Part shown: positions 41,060 to 50,800 of the stretch, one piece after another
Layout of the letters: every line of letters starts with the position of its first letter
Numbering within the stretch: position 1 is the first letter of the stretch
Assembly (NCBI GenBank): GCA_965203355.1
Contig: OZ241889.1
Location: 1,888,001-1,952,000 of the forward strand
Length of the DNA: 64,000 nucleotides
Reading direction: 5' to 3'
Source of the DNA: Candidatus Latescibacterota bacterium
GTDB lineage: Bacteria; Latescibacterota; UBA2968; UBA8231
Notes under the pieces: generated by a model
The model's database searches: none
The model's input: only the letters and a program-made list of their open reading frames with translations
Told to the model about the DNA's origin: nothing
Translations under genes and position numbers: made by a program

Positions 41060-41149
41060 TGGTCAGTGACCAGTGATCGGTGACCAGTGACCAGTGACCA
41101 CTGATCAGTCCTTACACTGACCACTGACCACTGACCACTGACCACTAAC
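41058..41149. repeat. Inverted arrays of 7-bp tandem repeats
   Basis: Degenerate (GTCAGTG/ACCAGTG)n on the left; (CACTGAC)4 + CACTAAC at 41115-41149. Confidence 0.9.
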
Positions 41150-41163
41150 CGGAGGTTTTGAGT

Positions 41164-41748
41164 ATGTGGCGTGAATTGACATTTCCGACCAACGCCTTAA
41201 AGGACGCGGTACTTGTTATTGAAGATGATCGTGCGAGCGTACTCGCTGATCCGCTTCGTTGGCGCATCCTCGAAATCCTTGGAGACGGGAAGTCGGTGGC
41301 GGACATTGCGGAGACATTGGACGTTACCAATGCGCGGGTGTTGTACCACTTGCAACGGCTAGCGCAAACAGGGGTCGTACATTTGGCGGAAGATGGAGCC
41401 GCTCCCCAAGAATGGCGTTGTTTGCCAGCGGTAGGCAAAATTCGCGTTCGGGAGATTCTTTCGGCGGAGGCCATGCCAGCGGATGTAGTCGGCCAGTTCA
41501 ATCAAGCGTTGCGCGAAGCGGCCGAAGGCTTATACGGCTCGACATTCCAGTTGTCAATCAACCACAACCGCGCCCGGCTCTCTGAAGAACAGGCCGCCGA
41601 ATTTGGTCGCCGATTATTGGCGCTTGTAGAAGAGTACTTTCCGCCGGGAAAAGGGGATCGACAGGGCCTTAAATACGGGTTTTATGGAATTCTCACGCCG
41701 ATTGATCTGCATCCGCTCGAGGATTCGGAGACTGAGGAGCCTTTTTAA
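41164..41748 (+). CDS. ArsR-like winged-helix transcriptional regulator
   Basis: LADPLRWRILEIL..SVADIAETL..VLYHLQRL; GGAGG RBS. Confidence 0.8.
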   Translation: MWRELTFPTNALKDAVLVIEDDRASVLADPLRWRILEILGDGKSVADIAETLDVTNARVLYHLQRLAQTGVVHLAEDGAAPQEWRCLPAVGKIRVREILSAEAMPADVVGQFNQALREAAEGLYGSTFQLSINHNRARLSEEQAAEFGRRLLALVEEYFPPGKGDRQGLKYGFYGILTPIDLHPLEDSETEEPF

Positions 41749-41815
41749 GATTGTTCTTAGTAATACGACCAGTGCGTGCCATTTCGCGTTTGGTTTAGGC
41801 GGTGCGGTTCGCTGC

Positions 41816-42979
41816 CTAATCAATTCCCAACGCCTGATCGATCTCGGCTTGGTAGCCCTCCAGGTCGCCGCGCTCGATCTCGGCCAAGCTAACCGGCCGA
41901 TTAAACCAATCCGATTCAAAAATCGCCATGCAGATCGCCTGTGAGCGATAGCCGTCCAAGCCATCGACTTCGGGTGTGCCTTGCCCGCGCACGGCGTCGG
42001 CGAAATCCTTCAGTTCGGTTGCGATGGGATTTTCCACTCCACCGGGGAAGAGCCGTTTGCGTTCGTCCTCGGTGAGGCTGTTCTGATACGCTTCGATCAA
42101 GACCTCGTTAGACGTGTTTTCGCCGGTGCGCGTCCAAAGCCCGCTCGCCCAGTCAATGCAGCCCTCGCTGCCGTATAGGACGCGCTTGCTGAAGTCTTGG
42201 CCGGGCGCAGAGCCTTGCCAAGTCCACTGCACCACTGCGCCGCCGTCGAAATCGATCAGTGCCATGGCGCAGTCTTCCACATCCACCGGCCAGGCCCCCT
42301 CGCGCTCGGCCGGCTCGTCGTAGCGATAGGGTTCAAAGTGGTTCACCCGCGCCATTACCTGCCGCGCCTCCGTGCCCAAGTGATAGCGGAACAGGTCGGC
42401 AAAATGCACACCCCCGTCGAGGATCCAGCCGGCGCCGGCGTCGCGCTTGAAGTTGCGCCAGCCCCACTTACTCAACCGCAGGCCCGCTTCCTGCCAGTAG
42501 AAAGTGCGCGGTTGGCCGATTCGCCCGCTGGCCACGGCCCAAGATCGGGCCCGCTCCGGCGGTGAGCGGCGGTAGTTTTCCGCTACGGCGAGCTGACAGC
42601 GGTTATCTACGGCCGCGTTGAGTATTTGGCGGCCAGCGCGCAGCGTGATCGCCAGCGGCTTTTCGATGATTACGTGCTTGCCAGCCGCTAGGCAGGCGAC
42701 GGCGAGGATGTGGTGCTGCGAGTGCAGGGCGCAGATGTCCACGGCGTCTAGGGCCTCTACGTGCGCGAGCATCCGCTCCGCGTCGGTATAGATCGCCGGC
42801 GTGTGCGCTTGGAACTCGGCGATCTCATCGGCACGCTGTCGCGCCTGTTCCTCCACCAAATCGCAACAAGCCACCACCTGTATATCGTCGAGCTTGGCTT
42901 GTGCCAATTCGCGCAAGCCGCGCACATGTGCTCCGGCCATGCCTCCACAGCCCAAGAGGGCCAACTGCAATGGTTCCAT
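41816..42979 (-). CDS. Gfo/Idh/MocA family oxidoreductase
   Basis: LLGCGGMA, EKPLA, AENYR, DGGVH. Confidence 0.9.
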   Translation of the reverse strand: MEPLQLALLGCGGMAGAHVRGLRELAQAKLDDIQVVACCDLVEEQARQRADEIAEFQAHTPAIYTDAERMLAHVEALDAVDICALHSQHHILAVACLAAGKHVIIEKPLAITLRAGRQILNAAVDNRCQLAVAENYRRSPPERARSWAVASGRIGQPRTFYWQEAGLRLSKWGWRNFKRDAGAGWILDGGVHFADLFRYHLGTEARQVMARVNHFEPYRYDEPAEREGAWPVDVEDCAMALIDFDGGAVVQWTWQGSAPGQDFSKRVLYGSEGCIDWASGLWTRTGENTSNEVLIEAYQNSLTEDERKRLFPGGVENPIATELKDFADAVRGQGTPEVDGLDGYRSQAICMAIFESDWFNRPVSLAEIERGDLEGYQAEIDQALGID

Positions 42980-43044
42980 TTGCGTTTCTCCTAAGTTTGG
43001 AATAATTGGCCATACCCCGTGCGACGCTTGCGCCGCGTTGTGAT

Positions 43045-45213
43045 TTATCGCCTTGATCCGAATTCTAAGTAATTGGCCAGGTCCTCAAAAAGGGCCAGTT
43101 GTCCAGCGGGGCCTTGGGTGTATAGAACCTCTCCTTGGACTTTGCTCACGTCAGCTACGTAGTCGTCAATATGTTTTTCAATATCGGCCAGGAATGTCTC
43201 TTCCTTGTCGAGGTTGCACAGGCGGTGAGCTTCGCATAGGAAGCGTCCCATGAGAATCACCTTCGCATCGCCGAGTGAGACGGATATGTTAGCCGATTTG
43301 AGGGCGCGAATTTGGTCCTCTGCACTGCGGAGAACACGAGTAAAATCGACGTTAGTGACGTGGTGAACAGCCCCGTTATCTTCCTTACCACAGACGAATA
43401 TCAAGTCCAAATGTATCGGGGTCTTGGCCTGTTTCAGCGGCGTGGAAACGGACATTTCAGCCTTAATCGGATAAGCCTGTTTGCACGCGAATCCGGCATG
43501 TCGAATAGCTCTGTGGACACACGTCCATCCTTCGTGTCGAGCATGGTGATAGGAAAACACGAGAAGCCCGGTATGCTTGAGAACGCGATGGCATTCGGCG
43601 AACACGGATGTCAGTTTGTCGGTGAAGAGAACAGAACTCGTATCTTGGACTTCGTCTTTCCGCCGCGTCGTTTCGGTTTTGGAATAATCCAAAAGCTGAT
43701 TCAGCCAATAAAAGAAAAAATCGGCGAGTTGGGAGTAGTGAACATTGTCGAAGAATGGAGGATCGGTTACAACGATGTCCACACTGCGGTCTGGAATACT
43801 GGTGCGACTGGAGTCGCCTTGAGTGAGGTAAACCGCGTCGTTCCCATTCTTGAATAAGGCAAACTCGTTAGACACCGGAATGGCGAGCGGATGATTGATG
43901 CCGCCAACTTTAGTACTCTTACCCGATGTCATATAGAGCTCGGTTGGATCAGCCTTGTAGGCAAGCGCATTTAGGATGCGAGAGCGAAACAAGGTGGAAA
44001 ACGATCCAGACGACTTACTCGTACCCCAGACATTTGCTTCAATTGGCATCACTTCGGGTTTGAGGACATGGTGTGAAAACATATGTCGCACGGCCCCTGT
44101 TCCTTCTCCCTTGAAAGATGCAAATAGGTTATTGAACTCAAGCACACCAGAGAATAGGCAGGCAAAGAGGAGTCTGTGATTCGCGTGGTCGATCTGACGA
44201 ATCGCTTCCCGCAGATGGTGGATGCAAAGGAGCTGCCTAGCGGAAAATAGCTCGTGCCAGAAGCGGTAGTTGTGCTTCAAGATCTGGTTTGTATTGTAAC
44301 CCGGTGTGATTGCAATCTGCGGAAAGGAAGAGGTGATGGAAGTAAGCTCTCGTGCGATGTCTGCTAAAAGGGCGTCGTCGAAAGCATTCATAGAAGCGTA
44401 TTGTTTTTGCCCATCTGTGGTGAGAATCATCTTGGCGTACCGGCGATAACCAAGAGGGCCATGTATTGATTTCATCTGCTCAACAAGGCGGAATGTATAG
44501 CTGCATTTATCACATTCGACTTTCGCCCCTTTGATGTTGCCTTGTTGTGGGTTGTACGTCGTACCACAATCCAGGCACTTCACGCAATCGGCGTTGTAGA
44601 GTGTCGCGTTAATAGCACCACAACTAGGGCAGAGTGCGCGGGCACTAGCATCTTTGTGCGGGACGGCGTTCTTTGAGAAAATGCGCGCCTTGAAGAGATC
44701 GATCTGTTCATCGCATTGTGGACATGGCACAACCTTGACGAGAAAGTAGTACAGTACGGTTGCTCTACTGCCTGCTTCTGTGCGCGTCTCAAAGTAGCTC
44801 AGTAGTTTGGGACCGACCGTGCGCTCGAGGAGTTGATATGTAGCGACGACTTCAGCCGGATCGTACTTAGTGAAGGCAGCGCGACAGGCGAGATATGCGA
44901 CTGGATTAATGTCTTGACCCAAAGCGGTACAACCAAGCTTAACTGCTTCTCCTATGGTAACTCCGCTCCCCATGAAAGGGTCAAAAATTACGGTTTTAGC
45001 AAAATCGTTCTTCCCGTAAAAGGACTTCCAGAAGTCCGCTCCTTCGTCGAGACATGCGCCTAACAAAATACCCCGAAAAACAGATCCCAATCTACGCGCC
45101 CACCACTTGTGGATGTAATAGACCGGACGGTGGACTTCTTTTCTCCACGATTCGGCCTCGGCGATCGCGGAAAGACGAGCATACGGAAAATCGTTCTCTA
45201 TGAGTCGGGGCAT
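43045..45213 (-). CDS. Amino (N6A/N4C) DNA methyltransferase with Zn ribbons (DUF1156-like N-terminus)
   Basis: HKWWARR, SAM motif DPFMGSG, four CxxC pairs, catalytic TDPPF; ~50% GC. Confidence 0.85.
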   Translation of the reverse strand: MPRLIENDFPYARLSAIAEAESWRKEVHRPVYYIHKWWARRLGSVFRGILLGACLDEGADFWKSFYGKNDFAKTVIFDPFMGSGVTIGEAVKLGCTALGQDINPVAYLACRAAFTKYDPAEVVATYQLLERTVGPKLLSYFETRTEAGSRATVLYYFLVKVVPCPQCDEQIDLFKARIFSKNAVPHKDASARALCPSCGAINATLYNADCVKCLDCGTTYNPQQGNIKGAKVECDKCSYTFRLVEQMKSIHGPLGYRRYAKMILTTDGQKQYASMNAFDDALLADIARELTSITSSFPQIAITPGYNTNQILKHNYRFWHELFSARQLLCIHHLREAIRQIDHANHRLLFACLFSGVLEFNNLFASFKGEGTGAVRHMFSHHVLKPEVMPIEANVWGTSKSSGSFSTLFRSRILNALAYKADPTELYMTSGKSTKVGGINHPLAIPVSNEFALFKNGNDAVYLTQGDSSRTSIPDRSVDIVVTDPPFFDNVHYSQLADFFFYWLNQLLDYSKTETTRRKDEVQDTSSVLFTDKLTSVFAECHRVLKHTGLLVFSYHHARHEGWTCVHRAIRHAGFACKQAYPIKAEMSVSTPLKQAKTPIHLDLIFVCGKEDNGAVHHVTNVDFTRVLRSAEDQIRALKSANISVSLGDAKVILMGRFLCEAHRLCNLDKEETFLADIEKHIDDYVADVSKVQGEVLYTQGPAGQLALFEDLANYLEFGSRR

Positions 45214-45216
45214 CCT

Positions 45217-45369
45217 CTACTCCGGGAGCTGAGGCATGGAGGCGGTGCGATCCTTTGGCTTACGTGCTTTATACGCTTTGAAAATGTCTTGGTGTACGGG
45301 GAGCTTTTCTATTTCTAGTGGAAAAGAGAGTGCCCTGCCGCTCACACCGTCTATACAGCTAAGGAACAT
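45217..45369 (-). pseudogene. 50-aa remnant directly upstream of the methyltransferase (possible 3' end of a lost partner gene)
   Basis: MFLSCIDGV...MPQLPE* stops 3 nt before the MTase ATG; similar low GC. Confidence 0.35.
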
Positions 45370-45391
45370 AAATACACCACTTCACCGGCTA

Positions 45392-46519
45392 TTACTCCAT
45401 CGGCACCAGCCGCAAGATCCGCCCTGGATTTTCCACCGCGAGATAGACGGCCCCGTCCGGTCCGGTCTGCACGTCGCGCATTCGCGATTCGCCTTGATAG
45501 GCGATCTCGTCGTGTACCACGGCTGCGCCCGACAAGCGCAGGCGGTGCAGGCGGTTGAAGCGCAGCGAGGTCACCAGTAGGTCGTTTTGCCAGTTGCTGA
45601 AGCGCGTGCCGGTGTAAAAGTCAATGCCGCAGACCGCTATGGACGGCACCCAATAGGTCTGCGGTTGCTCCATGCCGTCGGCGTGGGTTTGGTCGGTAAT
45701 GGGGGTGCCATCGTAGTTGATGCCATAGGTGATGGCTGGCCAGCCGTAGTTTAGGCCGCGCTGTACGAGGTTGAGCTCGTCGCCGCCTTTGGGGCCGTGC
45801 TCGGCGGCCCACAGTTGGTCGGTCTCTGGGTGCATGGCCATTCCTTGGGGGTTGCGATGCCCGTAGGACCAGATTGACGCAATGGCTCCGTCGCGCCCGA
45901 CAAAAGGGTTGTCGCCGGGAACGCGGCCGTTGTCGTGCAAGCGGTGGATCTTGCCATTGGGCAGCTTCACGTTCTGGGCGAGGGGGCGCTGGCCGCGGTC
46001 GCCGATCGCAAGGTACAGATAACCTTCGCGGTCAAAAACGATGCGCGAGCCGTAGTGGTGAGCGTGCCGAGTGTAAAACTGATCCGGGACGCGATGTATC
46101 AATTCCACATCGGTCAACTGTCTCTCTTGCAGCCGCCCGCGGCTGATGGCCGTATAGCTCAACATGCCCCCCAACGGCCCGGGCAGCGGATCCGAGTAAC
46201 TGAGGTAAATCCAGCCGGTCTCCGCGTACTGGGGGTGCAAGGCCACGTCCATCAGGCCGCCCTGTCCCTTGGCGAGCACCTTGGGTACGCCGTCGATGGG
46301 AGGCGAGACCGCGCCGTCGGTGCTGACGATGCGTAGCTGTCCTTCGCGCTCGGTGACCAACAAGCGTCCATCGGGCAGAAAAGCAAGGCCCCACGGGATG
46401 CCCAAGCCGGTGGCGAAGGGCTCGACGCGAAAAGTGTGTTCCTCGGATTGGACGACCTGTTGGGCCGCAGCGTTTGCTGCAAAAGCGAGCGTGCAAATTA
46501 GATAGATGCTGTATCGCAT
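45392..46519 (-). CDS. PQQ-dependent glucose/sorbosone dehydrogenase
   Basis: PWGLAFLPDG..TER, GQGGLMDVALHP, SYGHRNPQG, EHGPKGGDELN. Confidence 0.92.
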   Translation of the reverse strand: MRYSIYLICTLAFAANAAAQQVVQSEEHTFRVEPFATGLGIPWGLAFLPDGRLLVTEREGQLRIVSTDGAVSPPIDGVPKVLAKGQGGLMDVALHPQYAETGWIYLSYSDPLPGPLGGMLSYTAISRGRLQERQLTDVELIHRVPDQFYTRHAHHYGSRIVFDREGYLYLAIGDRGQRPLAQNVKLPNGKIHRLHDNGRVPGDNPFVGRDGAIASIWSYGHRNPQGMAMHPETDQLWAAEHGPKGGDELNLVQRGLNYGWPAITYGINYDGTPITDQTHADGMEQPQTYWVPSIAVCGIDFYTGTRFSNWQNDLLVTSLRFNRLHRLRLSGAAVVHDEIAYQGESRMRDVQTGPDGAVYLAVENPGRILRLVPME

Positions 46520-46590
46520 ATTTTTTAAGCCTTTAGTTGGATAGTTATCCCCACCAGTGACAAGGCGTAGAGGCGTTGGCAGTCGGCGGG

Positions 46591-46947
46591 TTAATGGGAT
46601 GGTGTGCGCTCGGCTTCCCGCATCAGGCGAACCAACGCATTGATTTGGTTTGCGTCCAGTACCGCGCCAAACCGAGGCATGCCGTCCTCGGGAATCCCCA
46701 GGGCAATGCTTGCGAAGATCGCCGCGTCGCTTGCGCCGTAATCCCAGCGACCGTCGATTAAGCTGCTAGCCATACCCCCGTTCATGGCGGGGCCGTGGCA
46801 GTCGGCGCAGTAGTAGGCATAGTGCGCTGTCGCCGTAGCCGCGGTTGGCGGTTCCGCTGGCCGGGGCTTTCGGCCCGAACTGCCGCAGCAAACCACGCTC
46901 AGCGACAAGCTCCACAGGAGTAGGCACCGCCATGCGCTAACGGTCAT
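46591..46947 (-). CDS. Monoheme cytochrome c (probable lipoprotein)
   Basis: CADCH, distal GMP; N-terminal hydrophobic stretch followed by Cys. Confidence 0.8.
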   Translation of the reverse strand: MTVSAWRCLLLWSLSLSVVCCGSSGRKPRPAEPPTAATATAHYAYYCADCHGPAMNGGMASSLIDGRWDYGASDAAIFASIALGIPEDGMPRFGAVLDANQINALVRLMREAERTPSH

Positions 46948-47198
46948 GCACCCGTACCTTGGGCGATTTGTTTCTGTAGGGCCGCGACGATGTTGTTGTT
47001 AGCAAAGTCGATCAGGCGATGGCCGTCGATGTCGTAGAGAGAAGCTCCTGCTCCGTGGTCGGCGTATCGGGGAAGAGGGGCCATGTGGACGCCCGGCAGC
47101 GATGGCTTGGCCCGCGCAAACATGGCTTGCAAACGAGGATTTTGCGTGGCGTACGCCGCGATTTCTTCGTCGAGCAAAGCCTTGATTTCGAGTGCCAT
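46944..47198 (-). pseudogene. N-terminal remnant of a class III aminotransferase (HemL-like)
   Basis: RA..SLPG, G.GA.LYDIDG..LIDF.NN, IVAA...Q...GT; intervening conserved blocks and the catalytic domain are missing. Confidence 0.7.
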
Positions 47199-47262
47199 GA
47201 TTCCTTGCCGCGCAGGAGTGCGAATTTCGCTGTGTGTAGGGAAGGGGCTGGTGGGAAAGGGG

Positions 47263-47340
47263 TGGTCGGGGTGGTCGGATTTGAACCGACGACATCCTGC
47301 TCCCAAAGCAGGTGCGCTGACCGGACTGCGCCACACCCCG
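47263..47340 (-). tRNA. tRNA-Pro(TGG)
   Basis: CGGGGTG acceptor stem, anticodon arm CCTGC-TTTGGGA-GCAGG, GGTTCAAATCC T-arm, encoded CCA. Confidence 0.97.
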
Positions 47341-47646
47341 CCTCGTTGCAAAAAATAGAGATAGCTAGGCGCGATGGCAATAATGGGTGTTGAATTTTTG
47401 GGGGACGTTTTGTCTTTTTATTAAAGGTAAAGGGCTAGAATTACGTGCCCACTGCCGGTAATTTTGAACCCGTCAGCCCCACTGACTGGCGGAATAAGGG
47501 TCGCCTGATTGCATTGACCTACTCACCGACGCTGGGGGCGTTTGACCAGTGGTCGGTGGCCGGTGCGTGGACTGCCCGCTGCCCACCGCATCGGCGGACG
47601 AATAGCCCTCGGCATCTGTCGCTTCTCGCGACGAGCCGCGGCCAAA

Positions 47647-47774
47647 AAAGAAAATGGGACCTCAAACCGAAAATTGAGGTCCCATTTCCGTAACTCGCTG
47701 TATGCGGTGCCGCGTATGCTACTTGAGCAGCAGCATCTGGACGGCGAGGAAATCACCGCCGGCCTGCAAGCGGT
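47647..47774 (-). repeat. Orphan duplicate of the 3' tail and terminator of the giant surface-protein gene (intact copy at 47801-47926)
   Basis: First 50 nt identical; encodes RLQAGGDFLAVQMLLLK* versus RLQAGGDFLDIKKMLLLK*. Confidence 0.9.
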
Positions 47775-47800
47775 CCGTAGGCGGGCGATCTGACGTTCAT

Positions 47801-47841
47801 AAAGAAAATGGGACCTCAAACCGAAAATTGAGGTCCCATTT
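47801..47841 (-). terminator. Intrinsic terminator of the giant surface-protein gene
   Basis: 14-bp stem AAATGGGACCTCAA/TTGAGGTCCCATTT followed by a T-rich run on the minus strand. Confidence 0.85.
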
Positions 47842-47867
47842 CCGTAACTCTCGCGGTATCGCGTATG

Positions 47868-50800
47868 CTACTTGAGCAGCAGCATCTTCTTGATGTCGAG
47901 GAAGTCACCGCCCGCTTGCAAGCGGTAGAAGTACATCCCCGACGACACGCTCTGGCCGCTATCGTTGGTCGCGTCCCATTCCACCGCGTAGCGACCCGCC
48001 GCCTGATGCTCGGCGACCAGCGTCCGAATCGGCTGACCCAACACGTTATACACCGTCAGCCCCACGTCCGCCGCCTGCGGCAACGCATACTGAATCGTCG
48101 TCTGCGGATTGAACGGGTTCGGATAGTTGGCTGCCAGCGAGAACACGGCCGGGCGCGTCTGTAACGCCACTGGCGCGGGCAAGGCCAGCCGGTTGAAGCC
48201 CAACGCCCGGTCATACGTCTGGCTGTCGGTGATTTCGAGGGTCGTGTGCGCGATCTCGGTCGTCGGACGGAACACCAAGCGCAGCATCAGTTCACCGTCC
48301 GAAACGACATCGCCGTGGGCGGCTACCGTCAACACGCCCGCTTGGTCGGCCAGCACCTGCGGCGTAGCGAATGCGCTGCCGCCCAGCGGCTGATCGGTCC
48401 GAGCCTCAACGAAGGTTAGCTGGTCAGCGTCATACGCTATCTGCAAGCCGTAACCCTTGACCGCCACGAAGTCGGCCAATCGCACATTGACGACGAACTC
48501 TTCTCCCACGCTCGGCAGGGCTGTCGGCGCATCCAGATACAGCCGCGCATCCGCATTCAGCCCGGTCCGCAGCGGCACTGGCTTGCCCGCCGCGGCCACG
48601 CTGCGACCGAAATGGTCGGCCAACACGAAGAAATCGTCGAAGTCAATCGTCCCATTCGGCGCCAGGTCAAACGCCGGATCAAACCCGGCGTCGCCCGCCG
48701 TCAAACCGAAGCGGTCCGCCAACACGAAGAAATCGTCGAACCCAATGCGCGCGTCCGCACCGAACAGCCCCAACAGAGCCTGCCCTTGGCTATCGGCCAC
48801 CCGGTTGCGGACGGCCAATGCGGTCTGCTCGACCGAACCGGTCTCGTTGTCCCAATCAAAGGGCCGCACCTGATAGTTGTAATGCACCCCATGCTGCGCC
48901 GTCTCATCAACGAAGGACGCCACCCCGGCCTCCACCTCGGCGACCACGGAAAACGCTTCGTCTCCCACGGCGCGGCGATAGATGCGGTAGCCATGTACGC
49001 CCACGATCGGCTCGACCGGCGCCGGGCCTAGCGCACCGGCCACGACCCCTTGCAGCACCTGATCCGACGGCGACAGCGTCCACGTCAGCGCGATGCGACC
49101 GCCTTGATCGTCGGGCGCATCCAACACCTGTAGTGCCGACACGGCCAATGGCGCAATGTCGTCGGTCGCCCGCACGGCTTCAGCCGTCCAAGTAATCGAC
49201 GAACTCAGTACGCTACCGACGACATTCAACTTCGGTGCCACGCCGCGAGCGTAGGCTAATTCTTCCGGCAGCAACGACGCCAGCACCGGACCGCCCTGCG
49301 CGGCATTCCGGCTGGCTTGCAACGTCGCCGCCATCTGCGTGTAAGGCTGCGTCACATCGTCGGCCTCGACGAACACGGCTTTGGCCGCATGATGCGTGGT
49401 GCGCCCCCCGCGCTCGGCGGCAATGCCCCAGCGCGTCGAGACATTGTCCAGCGTCGCCACGATAGCGCGGCCCATCGCCACCCCGGGCACGGCATCCACC
49501 CGCGCCCACGGCACCATCTCATTTTCCAGCACCGGCAAGGCGCGGAAGATGCGATAGCCGTCCAGCGACTTATGATCCGCCGATAGCTCCCAAGACAGCA
49601 TCACGAAACCGCCTTGGTCGCCCTGGCCGTCCGCGCCTTTGTAGTCCTCGGCAATCAGATTGGTCGGCGCCGACAGCGGCGGCTCCACCACCGCCATGCC
49701 CACCGGCAGCGACTGACTCGCGCCACTGGCATCTACGACCGTGTAGGTCGCTACGGTCTCGCCCATCGTCGTCGGCGTCCCGGAAATCGTCCGGGTGGCC
49801 GGGTCAAACGACAGCCCGGCTGGCAAACCCGACACGCTATACGTCAGCGGCGGGGTGCCCCCGGAGACCGCCGGCAGCGTCAAGTTTGCTGGCACACCGA
49901 CGGTGAATTGAATCCTGTTGTCGGTATGCGAGTCGGCCGGATTGGCTTTGCCAGCACCGCTGTTGAGACCGAACAACGAACTCAGGTCGCCCCAGTCCAG
50001 CATCGCGTTGACTGTAATTGTGAACATCAACGAGACGCTTTCGTCGCCAGCCATCGCCGTGTAGGTGACTTCAACGGCCCCATCGGTCGCCGCTTCCGGT
50101 GTCCCGGAAATCGTCCGGGTGGTCGCGTCAAACGACAGTCCGGCTGGTAGATCCGACACGCTATACGTGATGGAGCCTTCGCCGCCCAGCGCCATCGGCA
50201 ATTCCAACGAGTGAATCGCCGTGCCCGCCGTATAGTTCTGGTTGGGAATCGAAGCACCCTCGACGAAAGCCAAGGCGATCATCATCTCCCTATCGCCGTC
50301 ATTATCGTCCATCATCCCGCTGTCTGTGTCGGTCAGCACCAGCGTCGCCGAACCCGCCGTCAAGCCCGGCAGCATCGCATTGAGCACCACCGTCTCGTCG
50401 CCTTCAGCCATACCATCGGAAACCGGATCAATCAACAGGCGCGTCGAACCCATAATCGAACCGGCGGCAATGGTAATCGTCGGATTGAATAGGGCCGAGT
50501 AGTCCGTGTCGCGGGTGGCACTACTCGAAGCCGCGTCAATCGAAACGGAGACCGTCGCGTTCTCGGCCAGCGGCTTGCCGTCCAGCGCGGCCATGACCAT
50601 CACCTCGGTCAATTCCGCCGACTCGCTGAGTGCGCTCGGCGTCACCGACAGCACCAAAGACGTGCTCGGCGTCTCGTCGTCGGAAATGCGGATGTCCACC
50701 TGCGCCCAACCGCCCGAAGCCGCCGCCCGAACCCCCAAGTGCTTATGACCGGCCGCCGAAGCGTTGTCAATCGGCGACAGGAACAGCGTCGTCCAACCCG

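Noticed and set aside
41058-41149. CRISPR array
   Set aside because: 7-bp tandem units without unique spacers; no cas genes
43045-47340. tRNA-Pro-anchored integrative island
   Set aside because: No integrase and no convincing duplicate of the tRNA 3' end found; only a 9-nt match near 60147
47647-47926. Diversity-generating retroelement TR/VR pair
   Set aside because: Mismatches are not adenine-specific, include indels, and no reverse transcriptase is present
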